DNA of 43,038 bases from contig MU006093.1 of assembly GCA_010093705.1 (NCBI GenBank), forward strand, positions 322,569 through 365,606. Reading direction: 5' to 3'. Position numbers and translations under genes: made by a program. This stretch comes from Patellaria atrata CBS 101060. Its lineage: Eukaryota. How positions within the stretch are numbered: the first letter of the stretch is position 1; the number at the start of each line of letters is the position of its first letter. Below are positions 11,456-27,933 of the stretch, piece by piece. Under the pieces are notes generated by a model. The model was given only the letters and a program-made list of their open reading frames with translations, ran no database searches and had not been told where the DNA came from.

Positions 11456-11868
11456 TTCCTTTCTATTCGAGATTGTATGAGAAGGATATGGTAGATAAGA
11501 GGACTTTGATGTTTTGAACGTGTAAGAGCTGTATTGGTTTTTCAAGTGCGTGATAATAATTCTTAGAAGATGTAAGGTGGACAGCGGTTATTGTGAGAGA
11601 ATTCAGCAAAGAATTTTGCTGACAGCGCAGAGGAGCTTAAATAATTTCGAATGGTAACGCGCCACATACAAAAGCTTGATATGGGTAATGCGCCACAGTC
11701 AAAACACTGATAAGGTAGGAAGAACCAAGGTATCATGCGCGTCGACTTCTGGATAGTCAAATTCACACTCCCCAACAGAATGTATATCAAGTCTATGATG
11801 AACGAGCTCTATACAGCATAACCAAGGAAAACAAGAAATGATCTACCGTTCTTCACACACAATACATT

Positions 11869-15469
<3,601 letters not shown>

Positions 15470-16503
15470 TTACCGGTACTATTTGAATCTCCTCGTGGCA
15501 AGAGGGCTAGAAAGAGGATATGGATATCTAGGGTTAGTAGAGAGGATTTGCAAAACAAATCTCTTTCGCAGATACTACGTATACAGGATTTGTTCGCTAT
15601 ATTGTGGTTGATTGTTCGGGATGCGTAGTACCGATATATTTGGAGAACCCCTTCACTGTAGTCATCCTCCCTGAGGAGCTGGCAGCTGAGCGATATAAAC
15701 TCACTGCTGCACGCTCACTATATTCGCGGTACAGTGCTATCACGGTTATGCCCGTTGAGACGGTTGATGAATGTTTGAAGGAGGTTGAGTTGAAAGAGGT
15801 CCTCGAGAAGCGAGCCACAGCGTGAATGGGGCAACATGGGGCTAACCGCATGGGTTTGGACGATCTCTAGAGCTCCTGTTTCCCAATAATATACACCAAT
15901 AATCACACAATCGAACCTCGTGTACATCTGCAGCAGCGGACAAGGGGGAAGAGGTCAGCGAACTACCCCACAATCGTGGCCACACCAAAATGGTACCTAC
16001 TGTTCTATGGGGTTAGCGGTTCCGTTGCGATGGGAAGGTCCACCTGTGACAGGAGTCAGACACCAAATGCTCAGAAATGCCGGGCAATGTGACCTCTGAA
16101 TAAAAGAAGTGAAAGTCTTTCGCATGATAAGTCTAGATGGCTGAGTAGCTTGAGCAGCAGATAGGCTTCTACTTCTGCTCATTAAGCTGTCTCCAAATTT
16201 ACTATATGAAAATATCAGGGAGATTTCTAGTCGTAAAAACAACCTATCGATATTGATATAGGTATTGTACGTCAACTCTCCAAATGCGCTCCAGACTGTA
16301 CTGTGCAGAAGTCGTGAACACAAAGGGCTCCCACCGGTACCGACAATGGAGGTCGTTGTTTACTTGGGCTCAAATGGTCTGCTAGTGGTGGTTTAACGTA
16401 CTGTATGTGTCGAGAAATTCCAACCGTGGCAGAGAAAGAGATCAAAGTTGATTTATGCTCTATTGCACTCTTAAATCTGGGTGAAATTCTATAGATGCTG
16501 TGC

Positions 16504-17713
16504 TTATGAAGTGTCAAGCCCAGCATTCGAAGATCTTGCTGCCTTCTTTCTAGAACCCTTATCTCCATCGTCCCTCTTCCTCTTCGTAGTCCTGCTTTGC
16601 CCACCTTTGGGGCGATATGGTTCGTCGTCCTTGCTCCGCTTCCCACGTCCACTGCTGTGTCCGGTTTCCGGCACGAATCCTATCTCCTCGTCAAGTAGGT
16701 CTTGCTCTGTCTTATGTACTGATGGGGTAGCTACCGATGCAGCAGCAATGCTTGCACGCTTTGCGGCAGACCGTGCGCTCCCCCCCTTAGGTCCCGATTT
16801 TTCCGACGCGTTCTCGTGATCCTGAAGGAATATACTGGGCTGATTTCGTCGTAGCCAGTTATATACGGAGTTAGGGTTGTTGAGGCTGATATCCCTATCA
16901 CTTGGAATGGGCCGATTCAAGGTCGGAATGGGTCGTCCTATCGCATCATCGGGATTATAAAGGAAAGGATCAGTAAGAGTGGTGTCGAGAGCAAGAAGAT
17001 ACTCTTCCTCGTGATTCGGAGTCAGATAGCCTGGAAGATCAACGCCAAACGTCTCCTCGGAAAAAAGATCGGCAGGTAAGTCGTGGGTCATTAATGGTCT
17101 CGTGTGTGGAGTCTTCAGTAAGGATGCCAGAGCCTTTGGACGTCTAGGTACGAGTTTCTGGGTTAATGAAGCTTCGACGGCCGCGTACTCCTCCGCTGAC
17201 ATTTCTCCTGATACCAATTCTGCCCGAGCTTCTCTCAATGCGCGTTGGATAGCTTCTGGATCGAGATCATCGTCTGTTTCTAAAGAAGGTACGGCGGATG
17301 TACTTGGGGAGGGCGATCGAAGGTCGAAACGGAAAGTATTCGGGACGCGGACAGATTCATTGAGGTCAAGTAATATTTCCATGAGTTGGCTGTGAAGCAG
17401 TTAGACATATAGTGGACGATTTGCGTAGACTGCGTACTCATTTTGCTCTTGAAGCCGTCGTGCCAATGCCCAAGCTTTGTGCTCCTCCTTAAACAACGCG
17501 TTGCTCTCCATCATGGTTCGGTCAAATTTATGGCGTAGCTTTACGTATTTCCTCCTAGTATATTATTAGTGATGAATCGTGAATGAGCTTTTCTGCGCAA
17601 GCTTACTTCATTGACTTTTTGCTCTGCCTTTGGGGATCAGTATCCATCCAGTCTGTAACCGGAATCGGCTCTGGATGTGCTGGATGAGAGACGATATGAC
17701 TTAAAGAAGCCAT
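16504..17713 (-). CDS. IEC3: INO80 chromatin-remodelling complex subunit Iec3-like protein
   Basis: Spliced N-terminus ...KKSMK|RKYVKLRHKFDRTMMESNALFKEE...RLQEQN|QLMEILLDLN resembles the IEC3 coiled-coil domain. NPNSVYNWLRRNQP block and a basic C-terminus. Two introns, ~17392-17440 and ~17556-17606. Confidence 0.75.
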
Positions 17714-18506
17714 GGTGAGAGTATTCTTTTTAAAAGCTGCTTAAGAATACTTTCCGACGATCAGTCAATCTGGAGGAGTTTAAAACTGACGTGAAAGGTT
17801 GAAGTTGTTGAGGACGTGTTCTGGTCAATCCCGTCGCGGGTGCTTGTAGCGTTTTCTTTACAGTACCGTATCGTACAGGTAGGATAGGCAGGCGCGTCCC
17901 TGGTCAAAAAAGCTTGTCTGACGTCCCTTGAACTTGTTGAAATGCAGGCGCTCCACAAGCGACTTCAGGCATTATTTGTCCTCGTACCTACTGATGCTTC
18001 TCCAAACTGCATCATCACAATCAACAACCATTTCACACCATTCACTTTTATACCCATTGACGTATTTTGCATTCTTTCAATTCTCATATAGCTCTTGGGA
18101 GCTGGAACTTCATAGTTCTACCGACTTGGTAATCACAGCCAAAAAGGTGCTTTTTTGGACTCGTCCGCAACAGTTGACGGCTTGCTCGGAATCATCATCG
18201 TGCGTGTCTCAAACGGTAAGTTCCACTCATTTGTCCACCATGTCAGCTTCACTGTATCTTCACTTCTACCCCGTTAAGGGTTCTTACATTCCCTGAAAAT
18301 CCCTAATATAGTACAGTGCAGTTTAGAATCACTGTCACCACCAAATTTGCCGTGCTCCTTACTCGCAACGCACCTCTACAAAAAGTCCAACATACAAACT
18401 CAACAATACCGCCAAACTGTCTCCATTAATCATCAATCGTGGCACACTTTCCTTCTCCGGCGAACCCCATCCCCGCCAACGAAGAGCTTCATCGGGAGAC
18501 GCAAAG

Positions 18507-19190
18507 ATGAGCTCATTTAAAGCAGGTCGAAGAAGGCGCTCCAGCAGCTTGATGTACACCGAACCAACTGAATCTCTAGAGCATATCAGTGATCAGGCTG
18601 CCTTACCCAACTTGAACGCCGAATGGGTTAACGCCAAAGGTATACTCTACCTGTTTGTTATTCACTGGTTGAGGAATAAATGGGTTATATATCCTTAAAT
18701 GTAGTAGAAGGTGCTAATCATTTTCAAACTAGGGGCTTGGGGAATTCATTTCGTCTTGATCGTATGCCTCAAAATATTTTACGATATTATGCCGGGCATG
18801 ACCCAAGAGGTGTCATGGACACTAACCAACATCTCCTACATGTTCGGCTCCTACCTCATGTTTCACTATGTACGTGGCGTTCCATTCGACTTTAACTCTG
18901 GCGCGTACGACAATCTCAACATGTGGGAACAAATCGACAATGGAGACCAGTACACGCCCACAAAGAAGTTCCTGTTCTTCGTGCCCATCTGTCTCTTTCT
19001 CGTGAGCACGCATTACACACATTACGATCTCACGTACTTCACCATCAACCTCCTGGCGACTATGGCTGTCGTCATAGCGAAGTTACCGATGGTACGTTTA
19101 CACTGATTATCAATATAGTAAGGTTTGCTTACTCTATTTTAGGCTCATCGCCTTCGTATCGGCCTCTTTTCCGGTCAACCTGACGATTGA
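18507..19190 (+). CDS. ORM1: Orm1/ORMDL ER membrane protein, negative regulator of serine palmitoyltransferase
   Basis: RRRRSSS phospho-motif, LPNLNAEWVNAKG|AWGIH, GVPFDFNSGAYDNLNMWEQIDNGDQYTPTKKFL, KLPM|AHRLRI. Introns ~18640-18732 and ~19092-19142. Confidence 0.95.
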
Positions 19191-21191
19191 ATGTGAGCAT
19201 AAACATGGATTGGCGTTGGGGATTATGGCTTGCATTTCACGCAATACCCGTTGCTGGTTGGATTCATTCCTTAATTGAGAACATTCATGTAGTCACCCCA
19301 ATATTGGATGTCTACGGATGACAGACTACAGATTACAGAGGAGGAAAAATATATGTATTACACTGTGTCGATCTGAATACGCTTTGTGATCATCTCTTCC
19401 ATAACTCCCCACCTTCCCCCTCATGATTAACTTTTCTAGGTCCCTGCACGCTTGACGAATAACTAATTTCGCAGTATCAACCCAACAGGATTATCTGTAT
19501 GATCAAGCCCTGCGTACGGACTTGGGAATCTTTCATCCCTCTACGGCTTTCTACTACAAGCAGTCGGACCCACCTTTGAGAGTGAGCCTCCAGCAGTTAA
19601 GTCGATACCGTCAGGTCCTATATACACTTGGGATTACCTTTTGCATTTCAGCTGAGGCACGTTTGTAAGTAAGCGTTGGTAGGTAAGGACTGCACCAAGG
19701 GGAGGAGATACCTCTCCTTGACCAGCCACTCCTAAGTTCATATGCGGTTTGGTCTTGAGGACGGCGTACGAACCCTCTATCGTCTACACAATTGAGTTGA
19801 AGGTACGCTCGGGGTTCCACCCTGCATTATGCACTGTGCTGCACAATAACATTAGAGGTTTCTTTAAGAGTGGATGTATGGTAGGTGAGCAATGTAATGA
19901 TAGAGGAGGGGATGGCAAGGGTACACCAATTGATGTGTCTCCGACGTAAAAAGATATGTCTAACAAGAAATGCTTTTCGAATACGCTGTTCATCCTCTTA
20001 TAGATACTGTTGTACGGTTTGGTCATTATGATAATTTACACGCCATGGATTAATTCCTACTTCATACAGATTCATCGCTGATCACAAGATTGAGGTTATA
20101 TAACAGAAAAAAGGCAAAGTCGTTAACAAGCTGAAAGAGAAATGCTGTTCTTCATATATAGAAGAATTGACAGCCTACTCCGTACCGGCCTTTATTTATA
20201 CTAACCCTTTGTCGCGGTAGACTCGTACGGGTGTAGAACGATTACTGGTGGACTGCTAACCTTAGAGACTTGACTAGACCTCCTCACCCCTACTATCAAG
20301 TTCAATGTACGGTGGTTGACATCCATACGTTTAGACTATTCAACCCGAGGAGCTGGAATTACTATGAGAGCGAGCGTTCATCCAGGGGAAGAATACAACA
20401 CGGAGTAACAGTAAGGCGACGCTCGCGAGCACTCATCACTATTATCTTTCTGCCTGGGCATTTTGTAGATACCTAATTATGCTTTGAGCAGTACTTTGTA
20501 GAACTAGTGAACAAAGCAAGATTTCGTATTGCAAACGGATTGCGGTAAACGTATTTTCTTCCATCTCCACCAGCAATCCGATATAGTAAGTTCAATACGT
20601 ACGGTACCCTAACCAAGTCCTCTACCTTAGAGATGGTACAGTATTAAAAGATGGAGCGAAGGTCAAATAGGCATGACGCGCGGCGCCTTGTGCACTCACG
20701 GTTTCCAAGGCGACTCGCACCCGTGTATTACCAACAGTAGGAGTTGCAAGGTACCTTTAGAGAGATATGGGTACCTTACTGTACAGCAGAGGAAATACCT
20801 TAAGGCTGGAACTATTATAATGATGAAGAGCATCATGATTTGACAAGACAGTACAAGTAAACGGTCTTTATGGCCTCTGATGTTGGCATTGGACCGATTT
20901 GTTGTTCTCGGTCATCCTCGTCATAACTTGCTTAGTCGGGTGTCGGCAGCTCTTTGCTGGTTACATCATCATCACACCTATTCAATTCCGAGCACTCCGT
21001 CGGATGCCTATACCTTTAAGACATCCAACTTTTCCCTAAATACACCTCCATCGCCTACACCCTCAACAATTACAAGTGTAAATTCTCCGTCCCTCCAGAT
21101 ACCTACCCATCACCGTCTTCATCACAACGAAACCGATTCTTTCAGATAACAGAGCTCTTTATCCAGTCACAACAGGCTCGCTAGCATCATC

Positions 21192-21813
21192 ATGGTTTCT
21201 CAAGCGCTTAACCTTGGTCTGAGAGGTCTGCAGGTATGAATTATGGAAACAAACATTTCACCGACACGAGCAAAAGCTGATCGCTGGCACAGTTCCTATG
21301 GACACTTCTTATAATGGCTCTTGTTGGTAACATGATTGCCACCTCGTACGCTGGAGACCCAAGCATTGTCAATTACACCATGTTCGTGTCTGTATTTGCC
21401 ATGCTGTCCCTATTCTACCTGATCCCTACAACTCTCAAACCTGATTTCTCCTTCCATCCTGCCTTGACGGTCGCATTGGACGCGATTAACACACTTCTCT
21501 TCCTTTGCGGTGCGATTGCCTTGGCAGCATATCTGGGTGTCCATAGCTGCAATAACAGGGTAGGTTATCTGGCTGCAGACCTTTTTTCAACCATTAACAG
21601 GAGATTCAGAGCTACACGTTAACGAACTTGGTGACCAATGGCTCAGTCGATACCGAAAAGCGCTGCAGGGAAGCGCAAGCGTCAACAGCGTTCCTGTGGT
21701 TCGGATTTGCTGCATTCGCCGCATCTCTGTTCTTCTCCATCGTTAGCAGCCGCGGCAGTGTAAACATGCGCGGCGGTATTCGCAGAGGTGGTCCATCTAT
21801 GAGCCAAGTTTAA
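21192..21813 (+). CDS. NCE102: Nce102/Fhn1 MARVEL-domain tetraspan protein of the MCC/eisosome
   Basis: MVSQALNLGLRGLQ|FLWTLLIMALVGNMIA...VNYTMF...HSCNN...KRCREAQASTAFLWF...PSMSQV*. Two short introns. Confidence 0.9.
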
Positions 21814-22601
21814 GAGTGGACGCCTGTGATAGCATCGAGTGGCTTCATTCGTATAATTAGTGCTGGAGACTGAGCCAAGTATAATGGTAATGATTCAATA
21901 TTCTTCTTCTTGGGTAATAGGGGATGCGGCGCACTCGAGCTATAATATTAGCTATTTCAGGTTTGAGCGATTCCGGTCACTTTCATCGGTTGCCGCCCAA
22001 AACGCGCTGTACGTATAAGAATTTTGGTCGAAGGTGCTGCTTAGGGTAAATTACTGGTAGTAATGTATTCTAGTTCTCAGCTGTTGGATTTAGTCAAACG
22101 GAGAGATCCAGATGAAATTGCAATTCGAGCCTCTCGATTAGCTAACCTCGTCTTTATAGGTGTACAATATATGCCTGTCTTCATAATTGTAATTCCTTTA
22201 ATATCGTTTTAAGCTTAATACACTTATGCCAGGACTGTAAATTGCTTTAAAATCACGTGTGGTCGGGAAACTGCTTCGGCTTCGGACCGGTATTCGTCTG
22301 ACGATGCAGAGCGCTCAGCACTAGGCAACACTGCAGCCCCAATGCCCCATACAAGGGCTCTGATAGTGAATGGACCATACAAATCATCATATCCGCAAGG
22401 CTGCAAATGTTCTCCGCAGAAGCATCTCTCGATCGGTGTATCACTCATCAGTTGGGGATGCCTAGTTTCTTGGTCATGCATTGCACGACAGTCTACAGAG
22501 AGGGACATATATAAAGGGGACAATACCACAAAGGCATCCTCTTAACCTAATATTCAGTCATCTCTCAATTAATCAGTTTAAGAATCAAAACTTTATTCAT
22601 T

Positions 22602-25106
22602 ATGGACAGTGACCAAACTCGAAGATCTCAAATTGCGCTACCCTTGAGACGCGGTAGCTCTCATTCACAATCATCCTCGCACGACTCTAACCAGGACTAC
22701 ACTCTGATTACTGTCTCAAATAGTCAGGATGGTCGCGAGACGGACATTCAGTCAGTCGATGTTCCACCTCTTTCTGAGATTCTTGACCGGCTACCAAAGG
22801 TTCAACTTCAACATGCAAATGCCGTCGAGGAGAATGGAGAGCCAGATATAGGATCCAAAGCTGAGACTCAAGAACTTTATGAAGGCGGCTTCAAATGTGT
22901 CTGCTGCATAAACTGGGTCGACACGTTTCCAGAAGATATTAAGGCTCAGATCGAAGAGAAGAAGGAAAGCCAAAAGTATGCTCTCGTCGTCCGCAAGAAG
23001 AAAGGACATGCAGATCAGAAAGCTCTTGAGATGCATTCGATCGTCATTCAGAGCCCACTTCTAAAAAAGACTTTGAGCGAGATTTTCGAAGGATTTGATG
23101 GTATTACCGCTACCTTGAAAAACTTGATCTTCCATGCGCCTTTCCATGCGTTCTTCTACAGATGGGAGAGGATCAACAGAGCAGTGGAAGAGCTTGAAGA
23201 CCCAGAAGCTCTGAAGCACCTCCAGTTACTCCACGCAGCGATCGGACAGGATATGAGAGAGACGACCTCTTTGAAAGAAGACCTCCTGAAACACGGGGTC
23301 ATGACTTACAACTTTCTCTGGACCCTCTATGAGCCCGGAACTCTCCTTTATGCTCTTAGAGACGGTCAACATCGCTTCTATCGTCTTGTTCGCAGCGAGT
23401 ACTGCGACCAGGATAGAGATAGGTGCTATAACCTTCATTGCACCTATGTCGACTACGATGGGATTCAATATGGCTGTGCACCTATTGAGATTCGCATCAA
23501 CTATTTTAGTGGCACTGTGTCGGTGACGGACCTACCTGTCTATCCTGCGGAATTCGTACCTGGATATGAGGAGGTGAAGCAAGAATGCCTTGAAAGAGGA
23601 CGTAAGATCGTTAGCATGAGTGGTCACTATTATGGAAGTTATGAGGGAATGATGTACCAGCCAGGGTTCCAAGGCTATGGTGAAGATGCAAAACGTCAAG
23701 TAAGTGGAGTTTTTCCTTACTATCAAAGGCCCATCATCCCTTACTCTATATACGCCTATCCTATATACTGACGGTGAATTTTACCGATAGATCAACGGCC
23801 GCGTTATGGTCGATGCAGAGATGTATTGTCGTTGGAACCCCGGACAGAAGGTCATACTCGCACCACTTGATGCCAAATGTTTCCTCCCTGGCCTTGCCAT
23901 CCCTTCTAATAATAATGGCGGTCATGCTCAGGACCGCTATTCTAATTCTGCACCGATGTTTCAGCCACCTCCTCCACCTCCTCCCCCACCTGGGATGCCA
24001 GGTCCTGATAGATACGAACAAATATTATCTGGTCTGGGAAGTAAAAAGCCAGAGAGTAAGTGACGTCAACACCCGTTTGGATCAAGCTGACGGAGAATAG
24101 AAAATGTTGAGTTGACTGAGGAGCAACTGCTACTCTGCAGCCCTATGGTTAGGGGTTACTGCATGACTTCGAAAACATGGGGTAAGTTTGGCGGAATGAT
24201 CCTTCCTTTAGACATAGCCTAAGTACTTACTGATATTCCTCAGGCCGGTTCTACGTAGATTTCATTCAAGAGGTCAAATGGAACGAAGACGCCTTCCCCA
24301 GCCTCGTCCTTCCAAACGACTACAAAGAGCTCATCCTCACCTTCGCCGAGAGCCACCTTCAAAACAAGAGTTTCTTTGACGACGTGATCGAAGGCAAAGG
24401 CCAAGGCATCATCATCCTCCTCTCCGGCGAGCCTGGCGTCGGCAAGACCCTCACAGCCGAATCCCTCGCCGAAAAGATGCGACTCCCCCTCTACACCATC
24501 GGCGCGGCCTCCCTCGGCAGCGACGCTCCCAGCGTCGAAGACTCTTTCGCCCAAATCCTCGAGCTCGCAACCAAGTGGTCCGCGGTGCTGCTCCTCGACG
24601 AGTCCGACGTCTTCCTCGAGACGCGCTCGTCCGCGCCCACGGACCTCGAGCGCAACAAGCTCGTCTCCGTCTTCCTCCGTCTGCTCGAGTACTACCGCGG
24701 CATCCTCTTTCTAACCACGAACCGCATCGAGAGCTTCGACTCCGCCTTCCAGTCGCGCATCCACCTCACCATCAACTACCCCAACCTCTCCGACGCCTCG
24801 CGCCTGCTCATCTGGCGCAAGCTCATCTCCAGGTCCAAGGACCTCCCGTCCGTGATCACGGACGACGAGCTGGAGCGACTCGCTTCGATTGATATTAATG
24901 GTAGGGAGATCAAGAATGTGGTTAAGACCGCGCAGCTGCTGGCTAGGCGTCATGAGCGTGCTCTGTGTGTGCAGGATGTGTATACTGTCATGAGGATCAC
25001 GCAGATGGTGCGGTGGATCCCAGATGCAAAGGGGGAGATGAGGTGGAGAAGAAGGAGGGCTGCGTTGGATGATGACGACGCGAGCGAGATTTCGGATTCG
25101 TTTTGA
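22602..25106 (+). CDS. Fungal AAA+ P-loop ATPase with long N-terminal domain
   Basis: Walker A GEPGVGKT, Walker B LLLDESD, LEYYRGILFLTTNR, DSAFQSRIH, NGREIKN. Introns ~23700-23789, ~24057-24100 and ~24182-24243. Confidence 0.9.
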
Positions 25107-25959
25107 GGGAGGAACTTGTTGAGGTAATTCCTGGTGGCGGTAGTGGAGAGGCTCTGGTGAAGGTAACCAGCAGTAAAGGATACAGTTAATTATTCTCTTG
25201 CCCAAGTTAGCGAAATCGCAAATAAGGTACACCTAATGATCAATGTTCTTTATACCACGACTCTCGTCTGCTACCGTACGGCGCTAAAATGTTATCACTA
25301 ATCAACATCGCCCACCTATTTCCAAGTACCTCGTCTCCCTGCAACCTTTACCAGCACCATCCATACACACAACCATACCCTCCTTTCCCCGAATAGAACA
25401 GTGTCTCCTTCAATCCCGTTAGCTGTTAAACCAAAGATCTTATTCTTTATCTCCATCCTATACTATGCCATACTATCCCACTATTTTCTGCTTTCTCTAG
25501 TTGGGTGTACTTCGCTATCCCCGCGTCTTTTTCTTTCGACGTGGTTGCCGGGGTAACGCGATGGCTAGGTGTTTGTAAGGTACTCAGCGAGGGATTTGAG
25601 TTTCTTGTACGCCGCCGCGATGTAAGGTACGCCTGACGATGGGAACTCGGATGTAGGCTCAAGATACACTGGTTGAAGTTATACGCTTGATGTATGCGCG
25701 TTGGACTATGGAATACTCGGGGACATTAGGGAAGTAAGCATATATCAAACGGAAGAAATCTTCTGGTGGTATGGTATATACAGGTCTCTAATTTTATTTT
25801 AAGGGGACCCTGAAGTGCATGCGAAACTCTATTTTAGATCTTAAATCACTCCACAAATCGTGTTATACTTGCCCATCTCATCCATATGCGGTCCAAAAGT
25901 ATCATTTACATTCGTCCAAAACTCCAGCGAAGTCATAAACCCGACAATTGCCCTATCCC

Positions 25960-27259
25960 TCACCTCGTCAACTGTTCCCCGTCTTTGACTAGGTTGGGTA
26001 ACAGCGCTCTCATCGCCTCTCTACCCCTTTGCGCACATACTGCGTCCATGATGACCAAACTCGCCATAGCTTCTACAATAGGAATCGCTCTCGGAACGAC
26101 GCAGGGATCGTGTCTGCCCTTTGCTTCTAAGATGCCATCCATAGCGTCATAGTCCGCAGTCGCCTGTGCCTGTCCGATAGTGGCGGGCGGCTTGAATCCA
26201 ACGGTGAAGTAGATATGTGCACCATTCGAGATACCGCCCTGTACGCCACCGGAATTGTTCGTCTTCGTCACCAACCGTGGTTTTTTCGGCGCGAAAGGGT
26301 TCGGCGCTGCTTCTTGCTGACCATCTGTGCCTACTGTGGATACCGCCTCGGCAGCGGTGAAAGGATCGTTATGCACGGAGCCTGGCATCTTGCAGCCCTC
26401 GAACCCGGACCCGATTTCAAATGCTTTCGTGGCTGGGATACTGAGCATGGCGTGTGCGAGCTTTGCCTCGAGCTTATCGAAGCATGGTTCCCCGAGCCCG
26501 GTAGGGACGTTGCGAATGACGCATGTGACGGTGCCGCCGATGCTGTCGTCGCGGTCACGGTACTCGCCCACGAGCTTCTCCATCGCATCGTTAATGGAGT
26601 GGTCTGGGCAGCGCACGGGGACGAAGGAGTCGACTGCTTCGCGGGAGATGGTGTCGAGGAGGTTCAAGAAGGCGGGGTTTGTGGAGGGCGTGGTGGAGGG
26701 TGGGAAGAGGGAAATGGAGCCAATGGAGGAAGTGAAGGCGACGATCTCTATATTATAGGCGGTGCGAAGATACTTTTCCGCTATTGCGCCGGCTGCGACA
26801 CGGCCTTTGAGGAGGAAGTCAGTATGCTTTGTGCATATGATTCCTTGGGGGGAACTACTTACCAATTGTCTCTCTAGCACTACTTCTTCCGCCGCCACTG
26901 CTCGCCTTGACTCCATACTTCTCTAGATACGTGAAGTCCGCATGGCTAGGCCTGGGATACAGGTCCATGGTCTTATTTCCATAGTCCTTCGGTCTCTGAT
27001 CCTTATTCAACACTCGTAAGCCAATTGGAGTTCCCAGAGTGATGCCAAACTCTGTCCCAGACTGTATCTCGACCAGATCTGCTTCGTTCCTCGGAGTCGT
27101 AATCGCGCTTTGTCCGGGTCTTCTGCGTGTCATTTGGGGTTGTATATCTGCTTCTGTGAGCAGCATGCCCGGCGGGCAGCCATCTATGATGCAGCCAACG
27201 GAGCGACAGTGCGATTCGCCGTAGGTTGTAACGCGAAAGTGAGAGCCAAAGGTCGACAT
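25960..27259 (-). CDS. ARO2: Chorismate synthase
   Basis: MSTFG...[57 protein letters not shown]. One intron, ~26805-26861. Confidence 0.97.
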
Positions 27260-27933
27260 CGTTTTAGATTTTTGTGTAGGAAGGGTTGGAAGACTCAATT
27301 GACCTTAGAGAGTACGGACTGTTATACTACGATTCCGGTGACACAACCACAGACCATAGCGAACAATAATTTTGAGCGAGGTCGGCGATGCTTGTTTGGC
27401 AGGTTTGCAGCGGGGCACTAAGGTTAAATTCTACCTCGAGCGATGACGGAATGACAGTTTCAACTAGAACATACCGTACGCTGAGTTTTACAAATATTAC
27501 ATCGTATTCAGGAGTTATGGCATCCATCGTCTACTGTGCTGTACAATAACCTAAAAGTTGTGTTCAATTCTGCTGTACGAACAAACGGAGAATATGAATC
27601 TGCCGGTGTACGCCCACTCTCAAAAGGGGTCTCCGACTCTGTTGTACGGAAAAGTCAGATCCTACTAAAGAGCCTCATCCATACGTAGGGCGTCCTCTAA
27701 CGTGTACTATACTATACAGGGCATTAGTAGTATAGGATTAGCGACGCAACGGTAATTTTCAGCAAACGAAAAGCGACCGAGAAATGCTACATAGCCCCAG
27801 TATGCTCATCCCATTCGTATAGTTTTGAATAAGTATATATAGAGAACATTTGGCCTCATTCAAATATGTAATTGAAGTCTTCAAAACCCTTCAACCATTG
27901 CTAATATCCAAAAGCTCTACCCGACTTCCGTCT

